Origin: Octopus sinensis
Lineage: Eukaryota
DNA length: 64,000 nt
NCBI RefSeq assembly: GCF_006345805.1
Contig: NC_043018.1
Coordinates: 2,542,001 to 2,606,000, forward strand
Direction of reading: 5' to 3'
The notes beneath the pieces were generated by a model. The model ran no database searches and was not told the origin of the DNA. It saw nothing but the letters and a program-made list of their open reading frames with translations. The position numbers and the translations under genes were made by a program. Below, piece by piece: positions 25,441-40,563 of the stretch (position 1 is the first letter of the stretch; every line of letters begins with the position of its first letter).

Positions 25441-28400
25441 CACAGAAATATGTGAAGGGGAGTGATCAGCGGGGGGGGGTCTGGTTTTGCGTTAACGATC
25501 GGTAGAATGGGGCCTGATGGTGCTTTGTTTTCTTGAGCAAAAAGCAGATGTATGCCGCAATGAGAAGAGTGACAGAATCGTTGGCGCGTCGGCAGGAATG
25601 CTTTACAATATATTCTCCGGCTCTCTACATTCTGAGTTCAAATCCCACCTGAAAGGAGATACCAACTGAAATCCACTCCGAAAGTTCCAGTAGTCTGTTT
25701 AACATCAGCAGGGGAAGGGTAGAGGCCCTACAGATCGAAGATGGGTGCTGGTGAAAGTGATATGCACAGGAACTGCCAAAGTGCAGACGACCGCGAGACT
25801 AGATATAGTCCTATTCACATAGAGGCATATATATGTACTTACACTCACACACACACATACACATACATACACACGCACATACACACACACACACATACAT
25901 ACCTGTATTCATTTTTCTTGATTTATATTCTGTGGCACACACTTATAAAAGCGTACGAAATGCAATAATGTCTCAACTCAGGCATAGTTTGATTACAATT
26001 CAGGAGAATCTGTGCATATGATTGTTCGAATGATTCTTCCTTTGATGTTTATTTTTCTGAAATGTCATGATTTTACCGTACGACTCTTGAAATATCCACT
26101 CGAAAAGTCTTAAATACTGTCGTTTGGCAACAGAAATTCGATCCTAAACTTTACACACGTTTTGTACAAACAGGTAATTCATTAAGAATCACGCTGCAAA
26201 CACACTTAACTCAGAGCGGACCCAAGGCATTACCGGTATGTTTTTGAAATCAGGCTTAAACAGCAATATGCTAAAAGTTGTATTTCTAATTAGAAATTTG
26301 AGAGGTCACTGTCTTTTGATGAGTGGAGTAGTCAAGAAAAGGTAACACATGTCAAGGCAATCTCCCTTATTTTCCGTGTAGTAACAAAGACCTATATTTT
26401 ATAGCCATATATGTCATTTTAATGTAATTTTAGCGAGTATCTCTGTACCAGTACAAATATAAGCATGAGAACGCAGTCCAAACGATCGTAAACTCTTTTG
26501 TATGTCGTATTTTCTGTGTCGTACTTTTACTTTTGTGTATATATTTTTATAACAATAAAAGTATGTGATCAATCAGTGGTCTTCTGCCTGAACCCCTTTA
26601 TAAAGTGTTTGTTCTGCGCATTTCCTTAGAACCATGAAAAAGATGCTCGCGCAAACAATAATATCGCTTAAACTAGATTTCATGTGAATATACGTATTGA
26701 ATAACACTGACAATCTCTACTCCTAAGACTATATATTCCTCACCACAGCAGATGCATAAGACAAAAGTGAAATTCAAAGTATATATAAAAAAAATACGAG
26801 TAAATAAATGGATATTCAATCGTATTTGTGGCTCTATTTGTAGATATATTATCGTATGGAAACGAATTATACACAACAAATAGACCGCCTATCAGACCCT
26901 ATAACCAATGATGCAATTGTTCAGAAATGCATACAATCAACAAAGCGAAATTTAAAACCAGCAGGCCATACATAAAATATATCGCTTTAAGCAAAGATGC
27001 CGAAGTTATTGAAGAGAGGAAGACATATCGTAATACTTATAAAACTGATGAAGAGAGAATAAGGCTCCTACGTGGCCACTGAATTTGTGCGACACACATA
27101 TCACTCAAAACTAATATTCTACCATATTAGAAAGCAGAGAAGAATATTGGACAATGCGTACAAAATCCAGGTTATTAATTGTTGAAATATTTTTGATCGT
27201 CTGATTGTTGGATCAATGTTGATACGCAGTTTAATAATAAACACTAATAAACACAAACATGCCTCAACAGAGTCCCTGATTATTTGAAATAAGAGCTAAA
27301 AGTTTCCCTGAAATCCTAAATACAATCTTACACAAAGAAATGTGACGGTAGATGCTATAGTCCAAATAGTCCATAGCAAATTCAACGGTTCATGGCCTAG
27401 TATTTTTCGCATGACATCAGATCTCTGGATCCCTCGCTCATCAATATATTTCTTCTGAAACGGACTCTGCAGCAGTCCTCACCAACCCTTTCTGAATGTA
27501 TGAAATAGCAGATATTCAAAGACAGAGATTGTGTGTGTGTATGTGTGTGTGTGTGTGTGTTTAAGAAGGTGTGAGGGATATGTAGTGTGAGTGAACAATA
27601 GACACTAGTACATGGCAGTTATTTTGATGTTTTATCTATCAATTCTGAAAATGCAAGGACAAAAAGAAATATGATCTTAAGGGGCGATAAACTCAATGTA
27701 AGGCACTTGATTCTTCCCTCTAATGACCCTCACAATTCTCGCACAACTGTTGTACGAAATATCCCATAATTAACTTAAGGGTGTTATTGCTTACAGGGAT
27801 GGATAATTAGTGTTGTCCTTGTCACAAGACAGCCCCACGATGTTGCTTTCTATTTCAGGCACCAGAATATGTTGTGGAGCGAGCAGAATCGGTAGAGCGT
27901 CGAGGAAAAAATTCTTAACTCTTACCTTCCTCTTTTCTACGTTCAAATTCTGCTGAGATCGGCTTTGTATATAATCCCATCGGATGTCGATAAACTAAAA
28001 ACGAGGTGAGCACTGGTGACTATCTAATTTATCCCCCTCAGAAAATTGGTAGATGTTTGCTAACATTAGAAACAATAAACGCAGCGAACTGGCAGAATTG
28101 TTGGAGCGTCGGTAAAAATATCATCCATTATTTTTTTCCGAATCATTAAGGTCAAATTTCGAATTCCGCTCAGATTAAATTTGCATTTCGATGATTCAGG
28201 ACCGCCGAAACAAGCCCGAGCCAATTTTTGCCAGTAGGTTGACGATACCGACTTGGTATTGTCACTCCATGAAAATTGCTAATCTCATGCCAAAATGAGA
28301 ATCTATTTAGGCATGGGTCTGGCAAAATTGATAGGATTATTTTATGGGCGGCAAATATATGTAAAGAGAAGATAGCATCTCCAGAATTTGAACTCATAAC

Positions 28401-29139
28401 CTGAAGAAAATCCTGGGTATGTATTTTGTCCGACAAAGCTTTGCAAATACTCACCGTTATTATTCACGGCACGGAAACACTATTAATTAATAATACGTTA
28501 CGGGATGCAAATAAATAAATAAAGAAAATAAATAAATAAATAAAATAATGTATTATCCTAGACAAACTACAAGACTAGCAAGCCTGTGGTCGATCCTAAT
28601 ATGTTTAACATACTTCTTTAACTTCTAAATAACCTATAAGTTTGTAAATCTCGTGAGAGAAAATGTCAAAAAGTCTGAGATAATCTATTGCTAATAAACT
28701 TCTGTAATTCTCAGGAGCATCGCGCTGGAGCTAAAAGGCTTGCTTTGGCAACCACATGGTCTCTCGTTGAGGCCATCACTATGACATTTTCCACAAACAT
28801 CCTCACTACAGCCCTCGGCCGAATACCATGTTCTTGAAATCTCCAAATCCGTGAACAGACATTGTTTGACACACAGTCGCATGTATGTGTATATTTACAT
28901 ACACAGAAACATACATACACAACACGTATAGGTGGAATAAAAACGTTCTGTAACGCGCCAACAGATGTCAGCACATAGTCGCCTTCGCAGTGAGAGCAAG
29001 CGATGACATTTATCAGGCAGTGTCCTGAATGATATACTTCGCAAGTTGTGAAATTTGTGATTTTGTGATTCCGTGTGCTGTAGTCTGTGATTTTGTCATG
29101 GACATCGCGTCGAAATATGTCAATCATGAAGTCGTGAGT

Positions 29140-29270
29140 TCGGTTCCAAGACCGGGTAGTGTGTTTTATTCTTGAGCAAGACACTTTATTTCACGTTGCT
29201 CGAGTTCACTCAGCTGTAGAAATGAGCTGTGATGTCACTGGTGCCAAGCTATTTCTTTCCCTTGGAGAGG
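29140..29270 (+). mobile_element. SINE fragment with CORE-like domain
   Basis: TTGAGCAAGACACTTTATTTCACGTTGCTCGAGTTCACTCAGCTGTAGAAATGAG resembles the MIR/CORE block. Confidence 0.55.
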
Positions 29271-30484
29271 AGAGGCTGGTCAGCATGGGTGACTGCTCGT
29301 CTTCCATTAAAACACCTTGCTCAGACTTATGCCACGCAGGGGAATTTTCTTTGTACGAAGTCCTTGAAATTTCAAGTACGTAGAAATGATTTATAGCCCC
29401 ATTTCATTCGTTTTAAAAACATTCAGCATGACACAAACTGAGATAGTTAAGCACTTTATGAAGAGTGACATTTCTTCAGACTGTTATATTGAAATTGTAA
29501 TGTCGTACTTTCCTTACGTGTTCAGTTTCTACGACATAATATTTCCAAGGAACGACATTTTGTTTCCAGTCGCATATAATGTGTAGGTTGAGCTAATGGA
29601 GATAAGGAGTAAGAGGTGAGCAGCTATGTGTGATGCTTAATCTTCTAAAAATTGTAGCAGACTATTTTTGAACTCAACTGACTCTCAGAGATAGCAGCAC
29701 ATTTATAAAAAGGCATCATCATCATGATTTGAATATATTCGTTTATAAAAAGAACATCTCAATTACAATAGACCTGTGGTTAAATTGCCTCGACAACCAT
29801 CGTCACAAAAGCCAGAATATTATGTCATGTGTATATATCAAATTGACTGTCTATCTTAACATCTTAGAGGGAGAAATGGTGCGAGAATAGGAAATTGGTC
29901 GTTAATATGTCGTGAAAGCTGTCTTTTTTGACAGGAAAAGAAAAAAAATATAAAAGTGGCGGCCATTTTTAACGGACGGCGTATATGAACGGACGGCAGA
30001 CGATTAACACGGCAAAGTTGATTGGCAGGAAATGTCTGCATACTATTTTAGTTCGAACATTTTCAGTTTGACCTCATGCTTCGACAGGAAGCAGTTGATA
30101 ATATTGCGTCTTCGACGTTATGTGTGTTTTTTTCTTTTTCTCCTTTCTCTGTCTTTGTGTTCCACTGTGAAAGAATTCTAAAATAATACATAACAACTAG
30201 CTTCATTAAAATTGTTATTGTTACGTCTTTCAGATCTTCTCAATATGGTGTCACGAAATGTTCAGTTGAACTATAACCGATACATTAAACATTTGCACTA
30301 CCCATGAGTTGAATTCTATTTTACGTCGATCATGGATTAGACGTAAACACTACTAACTTACTCTCTATTTCTCTCTCTGTATATCTCTCTATATAATCTG
30401 TATGTATCCATATCTATTTCTGTCTACCTACATATGTATGTTTGTGTATATGTTTATGCACTGACAGGTGTGTGTGTGTGTGTG

Positions 30485-30515
<31 letters not shown>

Positions 30516-30551
30516 TGTGTGTGTATATCTATCTATCTATCTATCTATCTA

Positions 30552-30586
<35 letters not shown>

Positions 30587-30589
<3 letters not shown>

Positions 30590-30872
30590 TAGATAGATAG
30601 ATATATATGTGGTAAGGCAATTCGTTGCTAAACCCTTTATTGCTTAGTATTACTACATATATATATATATATATATATACATACTCATACACACACACAC
30701 ACACAACACACACACACACCACACACACACATATATATATATATTCATATATATATATATATATATATATATAGATAGATAGATAGATATATATGTGGTA
30801 AGGCAATTCGTTGCTAAACCCTTTATTGCTTAGTATTACTACATATATATATATATATATTATATACATACT

Positions 30873-30906
<34 letters not shown>

Positions 30907-30950
30907 ACACACACATATATATATATTCATATATATATATATATATATAT
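30587..30950. repeat. Tandem duplication, 186-bp period, including microsatellites
   Basis: GTGGTAAGGCAATTCGTTGCTAAACCC at 30609 and 30795. Confidence 0.85.
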
Positions 30951-33900
30951 ATATGTCTGTATATATAAGTATACATATATATGTCTGTATATATATTCAT
31001 CTATCTATCTGTCTATACATATATGTATATATATTTATACATATATGTGACTATATATAAATTTGCGTTTATGTACACACACAAACACAGCACATATATG
31101 TATGTATGTATGTATGTATGTGTGTATGTATGTATATATGTATGTATGTAAGTATGTATGAATCTATGTATGCACGTATGTACGTGTACGTTTGGTCTGA
31201 GAAACAGAAAAACAGAGATCTCGTGTTGACGTCATTTTCAGAACGTCCAACAACGTATTAATTTCACTGACCGTAGCTATTAATAAGGACACTTGAAATT
31301 CCTGTCATGTGCTATCTTACAGCTGCATATTACACATATTAAAGTCTTTAATCAAATACACATTCGTTAGTGATATCTTGTCATAAAATGGCGTGTAATG
31401 TAGCGCGAATTGGTTTATCATGATATTCACATCTGTATTTGAGGGACAAAAGCGCTATCATCCTACGTCTGAAATTGTCGTCTTGTTCTTCTCTGTATGG
31501 ATGTGAATGTGCGACTGTAAGTCTGTGATTGTTTATGGAAATTGGAATGCTTCCATGTGTATCTGTGTCCGATTGTCTGAGTGTGTGTTTGTGTGTGTTT
31601 CTGTATCGACTCCGCTTGCGCCTGTGTTTCGCTTTTTATGCTTGTTTTAGATTTTTTCATATGTAGGAATAGATGCGTTTGAATATCATTAACCAAGGTA
31701 TCGCTCTCACTACTTTTCTCTTTGAAACATTGCTTCGTTATTGTTGCTGCGAATTTTATGGTATTTTATTTCGTTGTTGTTGCTGTTGCTATCGTTGATA
31801 TTATTTGTTATGTTAGTTTCTTATTGATTTTATTATTTTTTGTCTACGTTTGTTGTCCCTGTTAATATAAACAGTTCTATGTAAATACAAACAGGGAAGT
31901 TATTGAAAACTATTCTTTTGATTTAGGAAATGGCTCCGTTTTCTTATCTTTCTCTCTTTTCTAGCTTTTGTTGAACAATAAAGAACAAAAACAAACGGAA
32001 TGGAATTGTACTGCATTCCTGCCTTTGCTTTGACTAAGCACGCAGGAAGAGTTGCAGATACTGGATCGAACCTGTATTGTACATTCAAATTTGTGAGTGC
32101 CTACTTTTCGATGTAATGCAGACGTATTGTAAAGCAATGGTTTCTTCATAATCACTAAGTTGCCAACCTCAACTGAATTACAATAGACTTTGAGGCTCGG
32201 ATTGGACCATCCTAAGGAATATCGCTACACCGGATAACATAACAGGAATTGTTCCCTATATTTATTTCAGTATGTTGTTCTGTAAGGGAGGTTTTGTTAG
32301 ATCCAGCAGGTCAAGCAGTCACTTTGTGGGTCTTTAATTTACTTTCATTATCAGGTATTTCTTGTTTGCATTGCTGGTGTTCTTGTTGCTCCGTAATGGA
32401 TGATCATCAATGGAGCAGAGTATGATCGAACATATGCCTGCAACGAACATTCGCTGTTACCAATCCAGGTTCATAGAAAGACATACTACATTGCCCTCGG
32501 CTAGAGATTTGGTAATTAATTGATTTAAACAAAACACACAAATAATGAAATAATATTTTGGAACAAGTCCAACAATTCTGATGGCGGTTGTAAGTCGCTT
32601 ACATCGCCCCCAGTGCTCAATTGGTAAGTAATTTATCGGCCCCGGTTGGATGAAAGGCAAAGTCGACCTAGATGGAATTTGAACTAAGAACGTCAAGACG
32701 GACGAAGTGGCGCTAAGCATTTTACCCAACGTGCTATCTATTCTACCAACTGGCCGCCTCACAGAGGAAAATTATTAACGAATGAAACTCACCAAAATTA
32801 AATGTAAAACTTAGAGCGAAATACTTCAGTCACTTCAAGCCAAACTAAAATGGAATCAAGACTATAACACGTCCAGTAATAAGCTTTAGAACTAAGTTTT
32901 CAAATGACAGCAAGGACTAGAAATTGATACAAAACATTGAAGGACTCCATCTAAAACACATCGCTCACTCTCTTCGACTGAATTATAATATTTAATAGGA
33001 TTCGAGGTAAATACGATTGTTTCGCTAGTCGAAAATTGTCATAGAGTATCCACAATAAGAATAACAAATATATGCTATAAAAACATTATTCAAATATTCC
33101 ACAAATAGCTTTTCGCAAGACGAAAAGTGAAACACAACACGTTTTCTCTGAAGCTATGAAAGCAAAAACTGAAGTTACAGTCATATTTGATGAAGACATA
33201 ATTACATAATTATTAGACGAAAACTGAATATAATTTACGAATGGGCATTGTAAGGTCTCTGGGTAGGTTAAAGCCTGATCAAGAATGTTGAACGATTAGT
33301 TTGAATACAGCATTACAGGATGAAAGGCAAACGCAGCGGTGACTGAGATACGCATGGCCTAAAAGCGGAAAGTGCAGTGGAGTGTTTGTCATGGCGACAT
33401 TGTAATATAAACGACAAAAGCTTTCTCACTAGAAACGAATACAAAGTCTAAAGTAAAGGAACACAGAAAACTTAATCGAATACGTAAACAAGAACAGCAA
33501 CTGAAACACTACTGACGCGTTAAAAACATACACATAAGCATATTGTACAGAAGTAGAAGCCAATAATGCGAAATATAACAGAAGTCACAAAACAGAGCTT
33601 TCGAGAAGATAACTATATTCAAACTCTCTGTGTATTTCACACAACAAGCAGACGAAACACTGCAGCAACGCCAGAAGCAGCTGCAACTAGCAAACCTCTC
33701 AACAAAGAAGAGCGGATGTAATATATAGAAAGATCAAGCCAAAACCTTACAGGAAAATACTGTACAAAACAGAGGCAAACTTTGAAGAACGAAACGATAT
33801 TTCACTGGTTTGAAGTAATGCCAACAATGGTGACATCAACAATGGAGATGGAGATGATATATATAACATGATTATATTGTTTCCGATCTATTAGATGGAC

Positions 33901-33998
33901 TTGTTATATAAATTCATACATAAATACGTGCATTTAATGTATATATATATGTTTATTATATATATATATATATATTTGTTTATATATATATATATATA

Positions 33999-34235
33999 CC
34001 GGAGTAAACACATAAATGCGAAACAAGGTGGAAAAAAGAGTACTGAAATACCAGTGGTAGAGTAATATGCTTTATTTAAAGCAGCAGAAAATTCAAAAAA
34101 TTCTGTTACTCTGAGTTTCTCGTAGCCGTTCATCAGACAGTTTTTGCTATAATTATAGCAAAAACTGTCTGATGAACGGCAACGAGAAACTCAGAGTAAC
34201 AGATTTTGTTGAATTTTCTGCTGCTTTAAATAAAG
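33999..34235. mobile_element. Penelope-like short repeat, family A, with a 166-bp palindrome carrying two opposed hammerheads
   Basis: Arms at 34070-34235 centred on GCTATAATTATAGC; one HHR on each strand. Confidence 0.8.
34162..34206 (+). ncRNA. Very small type I hammerhead (family A)
   Basis: CTGT-CTGATGA-A-CG-GCAA-CG-A-GAAA-CTC-A-GAG-TA-ACAG; GUA site, predicted cut after 34198. Confidence 0.7.
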
Positions 34236-34343
34236 ATATATATAATATATATATATGTATATATATATATATGTATAGATAGGTATATATATATTATTAA
34301 TGTATATATTATATATATATATATATGTATATGTAGATATATA

Positions 34344-34421
<78 letters not shown>

Positions 34422-34764
34422 TATATATATATGTATGTACGTATGTATGTATACGAAGTGACTGAACCTATATACGGCAATTTCTAGGCCACTGTTTTGC
34501 ATCTGGGCAGCTAACCGTTTTCAATTTACAAGGGGAAAGTCATGGAAAGAGGAAATTTTCCCGAAGAATTTTAGAATATGATTTATATACGATCACTTGC
34601 ATATATTAATACCATGATGCACACAACAGAAATAGGCGTTAGTTAGACCCTTACATGAGATATAATAATATATACCCAAAAGCGCTACAATACATATTCG
34701 AAAATCTAAGACCGTAGAACGAGAATTCATTCAGAGTAATTGAGGATATACTCTTTATCCTCTT

Positions 34765-35173
34765 CTTTTACTCTCTTACTTGTTTCAGTCATTTGACTGC
34801 GGCCATGCTGGAGCACCGCCTTTAATCGAGCAACTCGACCCCGGGACTTATTCTTTTGTAAGACCAGTACTTATTCTATCGGTTTCTTTTGCCGAACCGC
34901 TAAGTGACGGGGACGTAAACACACCAGCATTGGTCGTCAAGCAATGCTAGGGGGACAAACACAGACACACAAACATATACACACACATACATACATACAT
35001 ATATATATACATATATACGGCGGGCTTCTTTCAGTTTCCGTCTACCAAATCCACTCACAAGGCATTGGTCGGCTCGAGGCTATAGTAGAAGACACTTGCC
35101 CAAGGTGCCACGCAGTGGGACTGAACCCGGAACCATGTGGTTGGTAGACAAGCTACTTACCACACAGCCACTC
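34765..35173 (-). mobile_element. SINE family 1, full length
   Basis: Same head, body and tail as 293-706. Confidence 0.92.
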
Positions 35174-35608
35174 CACTCAGGAGAAGCCTTTAAATATAAT
35201 ATATTTATGACCAGAAAAATTTGAAGCACCATAAATGCTGTCTTTAATTTCCGATTATTTGAAATATTATACAATTTCATTTCTTCAACAGAATCTATCT
35301 TCTGATCTGCTTCTATGCAGCAGTAATTAGGAAATAACAACACAGAGCCAAGGAAGGCATCACTGTAGTCTCAAGTATGTATCGTTCCTTTATATGGATC
35401 TCTGGAAAGGTTTCATGCAATTTGAATATCATTTGATATTACGCGTGGCTCTGCACTCTGACTGTACACTAAGAAATTTGCTTCCGAATCAAACGGTTGC
35501 GCATTCATAATTACAGCTGGTAATTCGAGCCAGTAGTATTCTACTAGAGCTTCCGGCCAATCGAACTCTGCAAAGTTTGATTTGGCAGACGGAAATTAAA
35601 GAATCCTG

Positions 35609-35646
<38 letters not shown>

Positions 35647-36044
35647 TAGCGGGAAGTTGAGGTTATAAGAGATAATGGTGGCATTGAGATCCAAATGTGT
35701 CAGGTAATGCTGAATAAGTGCTATAGACAGACAATAGTTAAGTTCCAGATTCGGTAATGTTGCGAATAAAGGGTTCAAAGTTGGTTCTATGTCAGTATAT
35801 GTGTGTATATAAGAATGTTTTGCGTAATAAGATAAAGAAACACAAGAAAATAGAAGCAAGATATGTATGGGTATTATAAACTCTATATTCGAATGGACTC
35901 ATTTTAAACTCTGTTGGACTTTTGGACTTGGATATAGGAATATTGCATATATACCATTAAACCATTATGACTAAAAAATGGATTTACAACTTAAATACCC
36001 ATACATACCTTGCATCTATTTTCTTTCCTCCACCTCACACATCT

Positions 36045-36628
36045 TCAAATTCTTTCGCCGCTATATTGTGATCACAAGGGATGCTCATGTCAATTAATAA
36101 ACAATATCGTTTTTGTCTGATCTTTTATAATAATATCCGGTTTATTAGCTTTTATAGTTTTGTCGGTATGTACGGGTAAGTCCCATAGAATCGACACATT
36201 TTCTCCCTCAGTCACAGCTTCAGGATGATGTTTATAACATTTGTCAGCGGTTTTGATTTTATAATGCCGACATATTGCCCAATCTAAATACTGGCCGACT
36301 CTGTCATGTCTTGCTTTATATTCTGCAGGTGCTAAGACTCTACACCCTGAGATTAGGTGGTGTATAGTTTCAATCTCTTCGTTACAGAATCGGCATTTTG
36401 GGTCAGCTCCATTTTTTATCACATTGGCTTGGTAGTTCCGGGTTAATAAGCTTTGGTCTTGAGCAGCTAATATGAAACCTTCACTCTCTGCTTTTAGCCC
36501 TGAGCTTCGTAACCATTGGTGCGTGTGTTTTTGGTCGACATCAGCTTTTTTGCTACGAGCCACATACTTGCCATGCAGAGGTTTCTGTTCCCATCTGCTA
36601 GCTAATAATTCATGTGCTTTTGTCTTTG

Positions 36629-36629
<1 letters not shown>
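36045..36629 (-). mobile_element. R4/Dong-type non-LTR retrotransposon fragment (zinc knuckle plus RLE endonuclease)
   Basis: LHGKY, FILAAQDQSLLTRNY, CRFC...ETIHHLISGC, RHD, ILWD, KPDIII; abuts (AAT)n at its 5' end. Confidence 0.9.
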
Positions 36630-36691
<62 letters not shown>

Positions 36692-37712
36692 AAAAAGGAT
36701 TGACGTAACTCTTCACAAAGGTAAACAGTCAAGACAAATATCGCGATTCGATTGTAATAGATATTTCAACAGTAAATCTGTCTTTGTCGAGTTCAAAATA
36801 AAAAGTGAGAGAAATTCAAAATTATAGAAATTTAAATGTAAAGTATATACGAGAGCAACCAGCGTTCACACGTTGATAGAATGAGATAATCAGTCTAAGT
36901 TTTAATTAACAAGCGAAAAGAAAAAAAAACAGAAATAAAAGAGAGAAAAAAGAGGATAGAAGATAAAGAAAAGGGAAAAGAAGAATATTTAATCAAACAT
37001 TTTTGTATAAATTTGATGATATTCTCCTGTCATTTTAATCATTCCTCCAGAGCGTGATCTTAATAACACTCAAACATTTCTCCTCATGCATTCTGAGTAG
37101 TGAAAGTGAAGCAGATTCAGAATATTTTCTGAGAAGATGCACTTTTAAGTCGTTTCTGTCTTATTCTTTCCGCCGGTTTTTTGGAGACTTAAAGACTGAT
37201 GATGTCATTCCATCAACGTTTGGACGCTGGTTCCTCTCGTTCATACCGTAAATTGAAATTTATTTAAATTTTTATTTTTAACTGAAGAAAGACAGACTTA
37301 CTGTTGAAATATCGTTCAACCAATAAAATATCTATTACAATCGAATCGAGATATTCGTCTTAAATACTATTCTTCTTCTTCTTCTTCTTCTTCTTCTTCT
37401 TCTTCTTCTTCTTCTTCTTCTTCTTCTTCTTCTTCTTCTTCTCTTCTTCTTATTATTATTATTTTCTTATATTATCTATTATTATTATTATTATTATTAA
37501 CAGCGAGCTGGCAGAAATGTTATCACGACGGGCGAAATGGTAGCGTTATTTCGATTGTTTTTACGTTCTGAGTTCAAATTCTGCCAAGGTCGACTTTACG
37601 TTTCATCTTTTCGGATTTTGATAAATCAAATACAGGTTGCGCACTGGGGTTGATCAAATTGATTGGCCCCCTAGAGTAAAAAAGAATGTATAAATATGAA
37701 TATATATATATA

Positions 37713-38023
37713 TATTGGATTGTATTGGCATCCTTTCTGTCTCGGGAGACAATGGAGTTGCGCATTTTTTTTTTTAGGTCTAGTCCGGCTGTTATATTTT
37801 ATTTCCTGTTACATTTCTTGCTGTGGCTGTGTAGTCCTATCCTGGACAAACACTCCCTCTGGCAGGTACTGCAAATGTAGCGAAGACTGTTCCTGGCTGG
37901 TTGTAGTGCCATGGTCTCTTGTTTATGTCTCTTCCTTTCTTTCCATTTCTCCTCTCTCTTTCTGTCACTCCTCTGTATACCCTCTTTTACTGTACGTCGC
38001 CATTCTCCACGGTTGCCGGTGAC
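37713..38023 (-). mobile_element. RTE-BovB 3' fragment
   Basis: NRGEWRRTVKEG...YICSTCQRECLSRIGLHSHSKKC. Confidence 0.88.
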
Positions 38024-38715
38024 TATATAAATATATATATATATATATGCACTTATGTGTGAATACACACACACACATTCTTTTATTTTTATCAGTCATT
38101 GGAATGCGGCCGTACTGCAGTAACGCCTTTAGCGAATAAATCAATCCCAGGTCTTCTTCTTAGTAATCCTAGTATTTATTCTATCGGTCTTTTTTGCCGA
38201 ACCGCTAGGTTACTGGTACGTAAACACACCAAAATCCGTTTTCAAGCGATGGTAGGGCGCCAAAAAAGGCACAAAAACATATACATATATACATACCATG
38301 CATATATACGTATATATAAATGGATGAATGAATTATCCTTTGTTTACCGTTAACATGGAAAATTCAATAAACACTTACCAGGGTAGCAGAATTCACGCGC
38401 AAGTAACACGGATGAAGCAATTTATTCAAGGTAGAAACTCCGGGTTAATGTGCAGTAATTTGTGCATTATAAGCAAATAAATGGAGTTGAACGAAGACGT
38501 TATTAAAATCTTTTTACTTTCGACATATGACAAAGGATTAAACGGTGTAAAATGCAATCTTCTCATCAGGAAAGAAAGAGGGTCTATGTCAACAACAAAA
38601 CATTATAACGAATACGATGACTGCCTAAGTGATAAACGGAACGATATTAAGTATTTAAAAAAAACCGCTAGTAGATCCGACGTCAAAGTATCTACTAACG
38701 GTTTGATATATATAT

Positions 38716-38908
38716 ATTGTTTTTGTTTTTGTTTTTCCAGTTTCAGCTCTTGAGCTGTGGCCATGCTGGGGCACCGCCATTGTGGAGCCTCGTAGAGCTT
38801 TTAGGTGTTTTCGCTCAATAAACACACACAACGCCCGGTCTCAGAATCGAAACCGCGATCCTGCGACCGCGAGTCCGCTGCCCTAACCACTAGGCCATTG
38901 CGCCTCTA
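38716..38908 (-). mobile_element. SINE family 3 head joined directly to a CR1-type tail (190 bp)
   Basis: GGCCTAGTGGTTAGGGCAGC...AAAACACCTAAAAGCTCTACGAGGCTCC then GGCGGTGCCCCAGCATGGCCACAGCTCAAGAGCTGAAAC. Confidence 0.85.
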
Positions 38909-38915
38909 TATATAT

Positions 38916-39037
<122 letters not shown>

Positions 39038-39109
39038 ATATATATATATATATTATATATATATATACATATTATATACATATATATACATATGTATATA
39101 CATACATAC

Positions 39110-39140
<31 letters not shown>

Positions 39141-39333
39141 TATACATACGACGGGCTTCTTTCAGTTTCCGTCTACCAAATCCATTCACGAAGCTTGATC
39201 GGACCCAGGCTATAGCAAAAGACACGTGCCCAAGATGTCACGCAGTGGGATTGAGTCCGAGACCATGCTGTTTCTAAGCAAGCTACTTACCACATAGTCT
39301 ATACACACACACGTACACACATATTTAATATAT

Positions 39334-39379
<46 letters not shown>

Positions 39380-39381
<2 letters not shown>

Positions 39382-39590
39382 TTTTACTTGTTTCAGTCAT
39401 TTGACTGCGGCCATGCTGGAGCACCACCTTTAATCGAGCAACTCGACCCCGGAACTTATTCTTTTGTAAGCCCAGTACTTATTCTATCGGTCTATTTTGC
39501 CGAACCGCGAAGTAACGGGGACATAAACACACCAGCATCGGTTGTCAAGCAATGCTAGGGGACAAGCACAGACACACAAACCACACACAC
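39380..39590 (-). mobile_element. SINE family 1, 3' half (a separate 5' half lies at 39135-39300)
   Basis: Family-1 tail and body sequence. Confidence 0.85.
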
Positions 39591-39668
39591 ACATATATAT
39601 ATATATATATTATATATATATATATATAATATATATATATATATATTTAGATATATATATATATTCAG

Positions 39669-39716
<48 letters not shown>

Positions 39717-40497
39717 GTGTGTGTGTGTTTGTATGTATGTATAACTCTATATCTATATCTATATCTATATATATATGTGTGTGTGTGTATTCATACATAT
39801 ATATATATATATATAGACACACACACATGTACACACATCCAAATCACATGGCTTGCGAAGAACTTACATGACAAAAAATGTTCCTATAACATCATAGCAA
39901 AGCTAGAATGCGTTTACAATTAACGTGACTCAATCATTGAATGTGAGTCTTATTACAGACTTTAAAATTTCAACACATTGCATTTAGGAAGCTTGGTCAT
40001 CAATGTTCCTAACTATTTGAGTACCACAATTGACACAAAATGTTCCTGTTACTAGTCTTAAGAAATAATTTATCATAATATCACTTTCATTATACACAAC
40101 ACGGATGTATCGCAATCGTTTTTCTTTACATATTTTATGACTCACCGTTCTAGCTTTGTTCTTCAAAATTTTTTTCCGTTGCTCTATTAATTTCAGCGGA
40201 AATTCCTTAACAACATTTTAGAAAAGCTGAATGTTCGTCTATTCAGTGTAGCATATGTATCACTTTGATCTTTGTGACTAATTGTGCAAGAGAGTTTTGG
40301 AAATATTAAGTGCAAACTTAGACGGACACAATTTATAATACAGAAGGAAGTGATGAAATGGTGAAGATCAAGTAATAACTTATTGTGGTACTTTAACGTA
40401 GACAGTGTCGTGGAAAGTTTGCACACGCGCACACTCACACACACAAATGTATTTGTATCTGTATTGGTGAGAGTGTGTATAAACGAGCCTACTTAGA

Positions 40498-40563
<66 letters not shown>

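Noticed and set aside
32780-33840. A-rich block possibly an old LINE (similar at 58740-59500)
   Set aside because: No RT or endonuclease motif could be read with confidence, so it is not listed as a feature.
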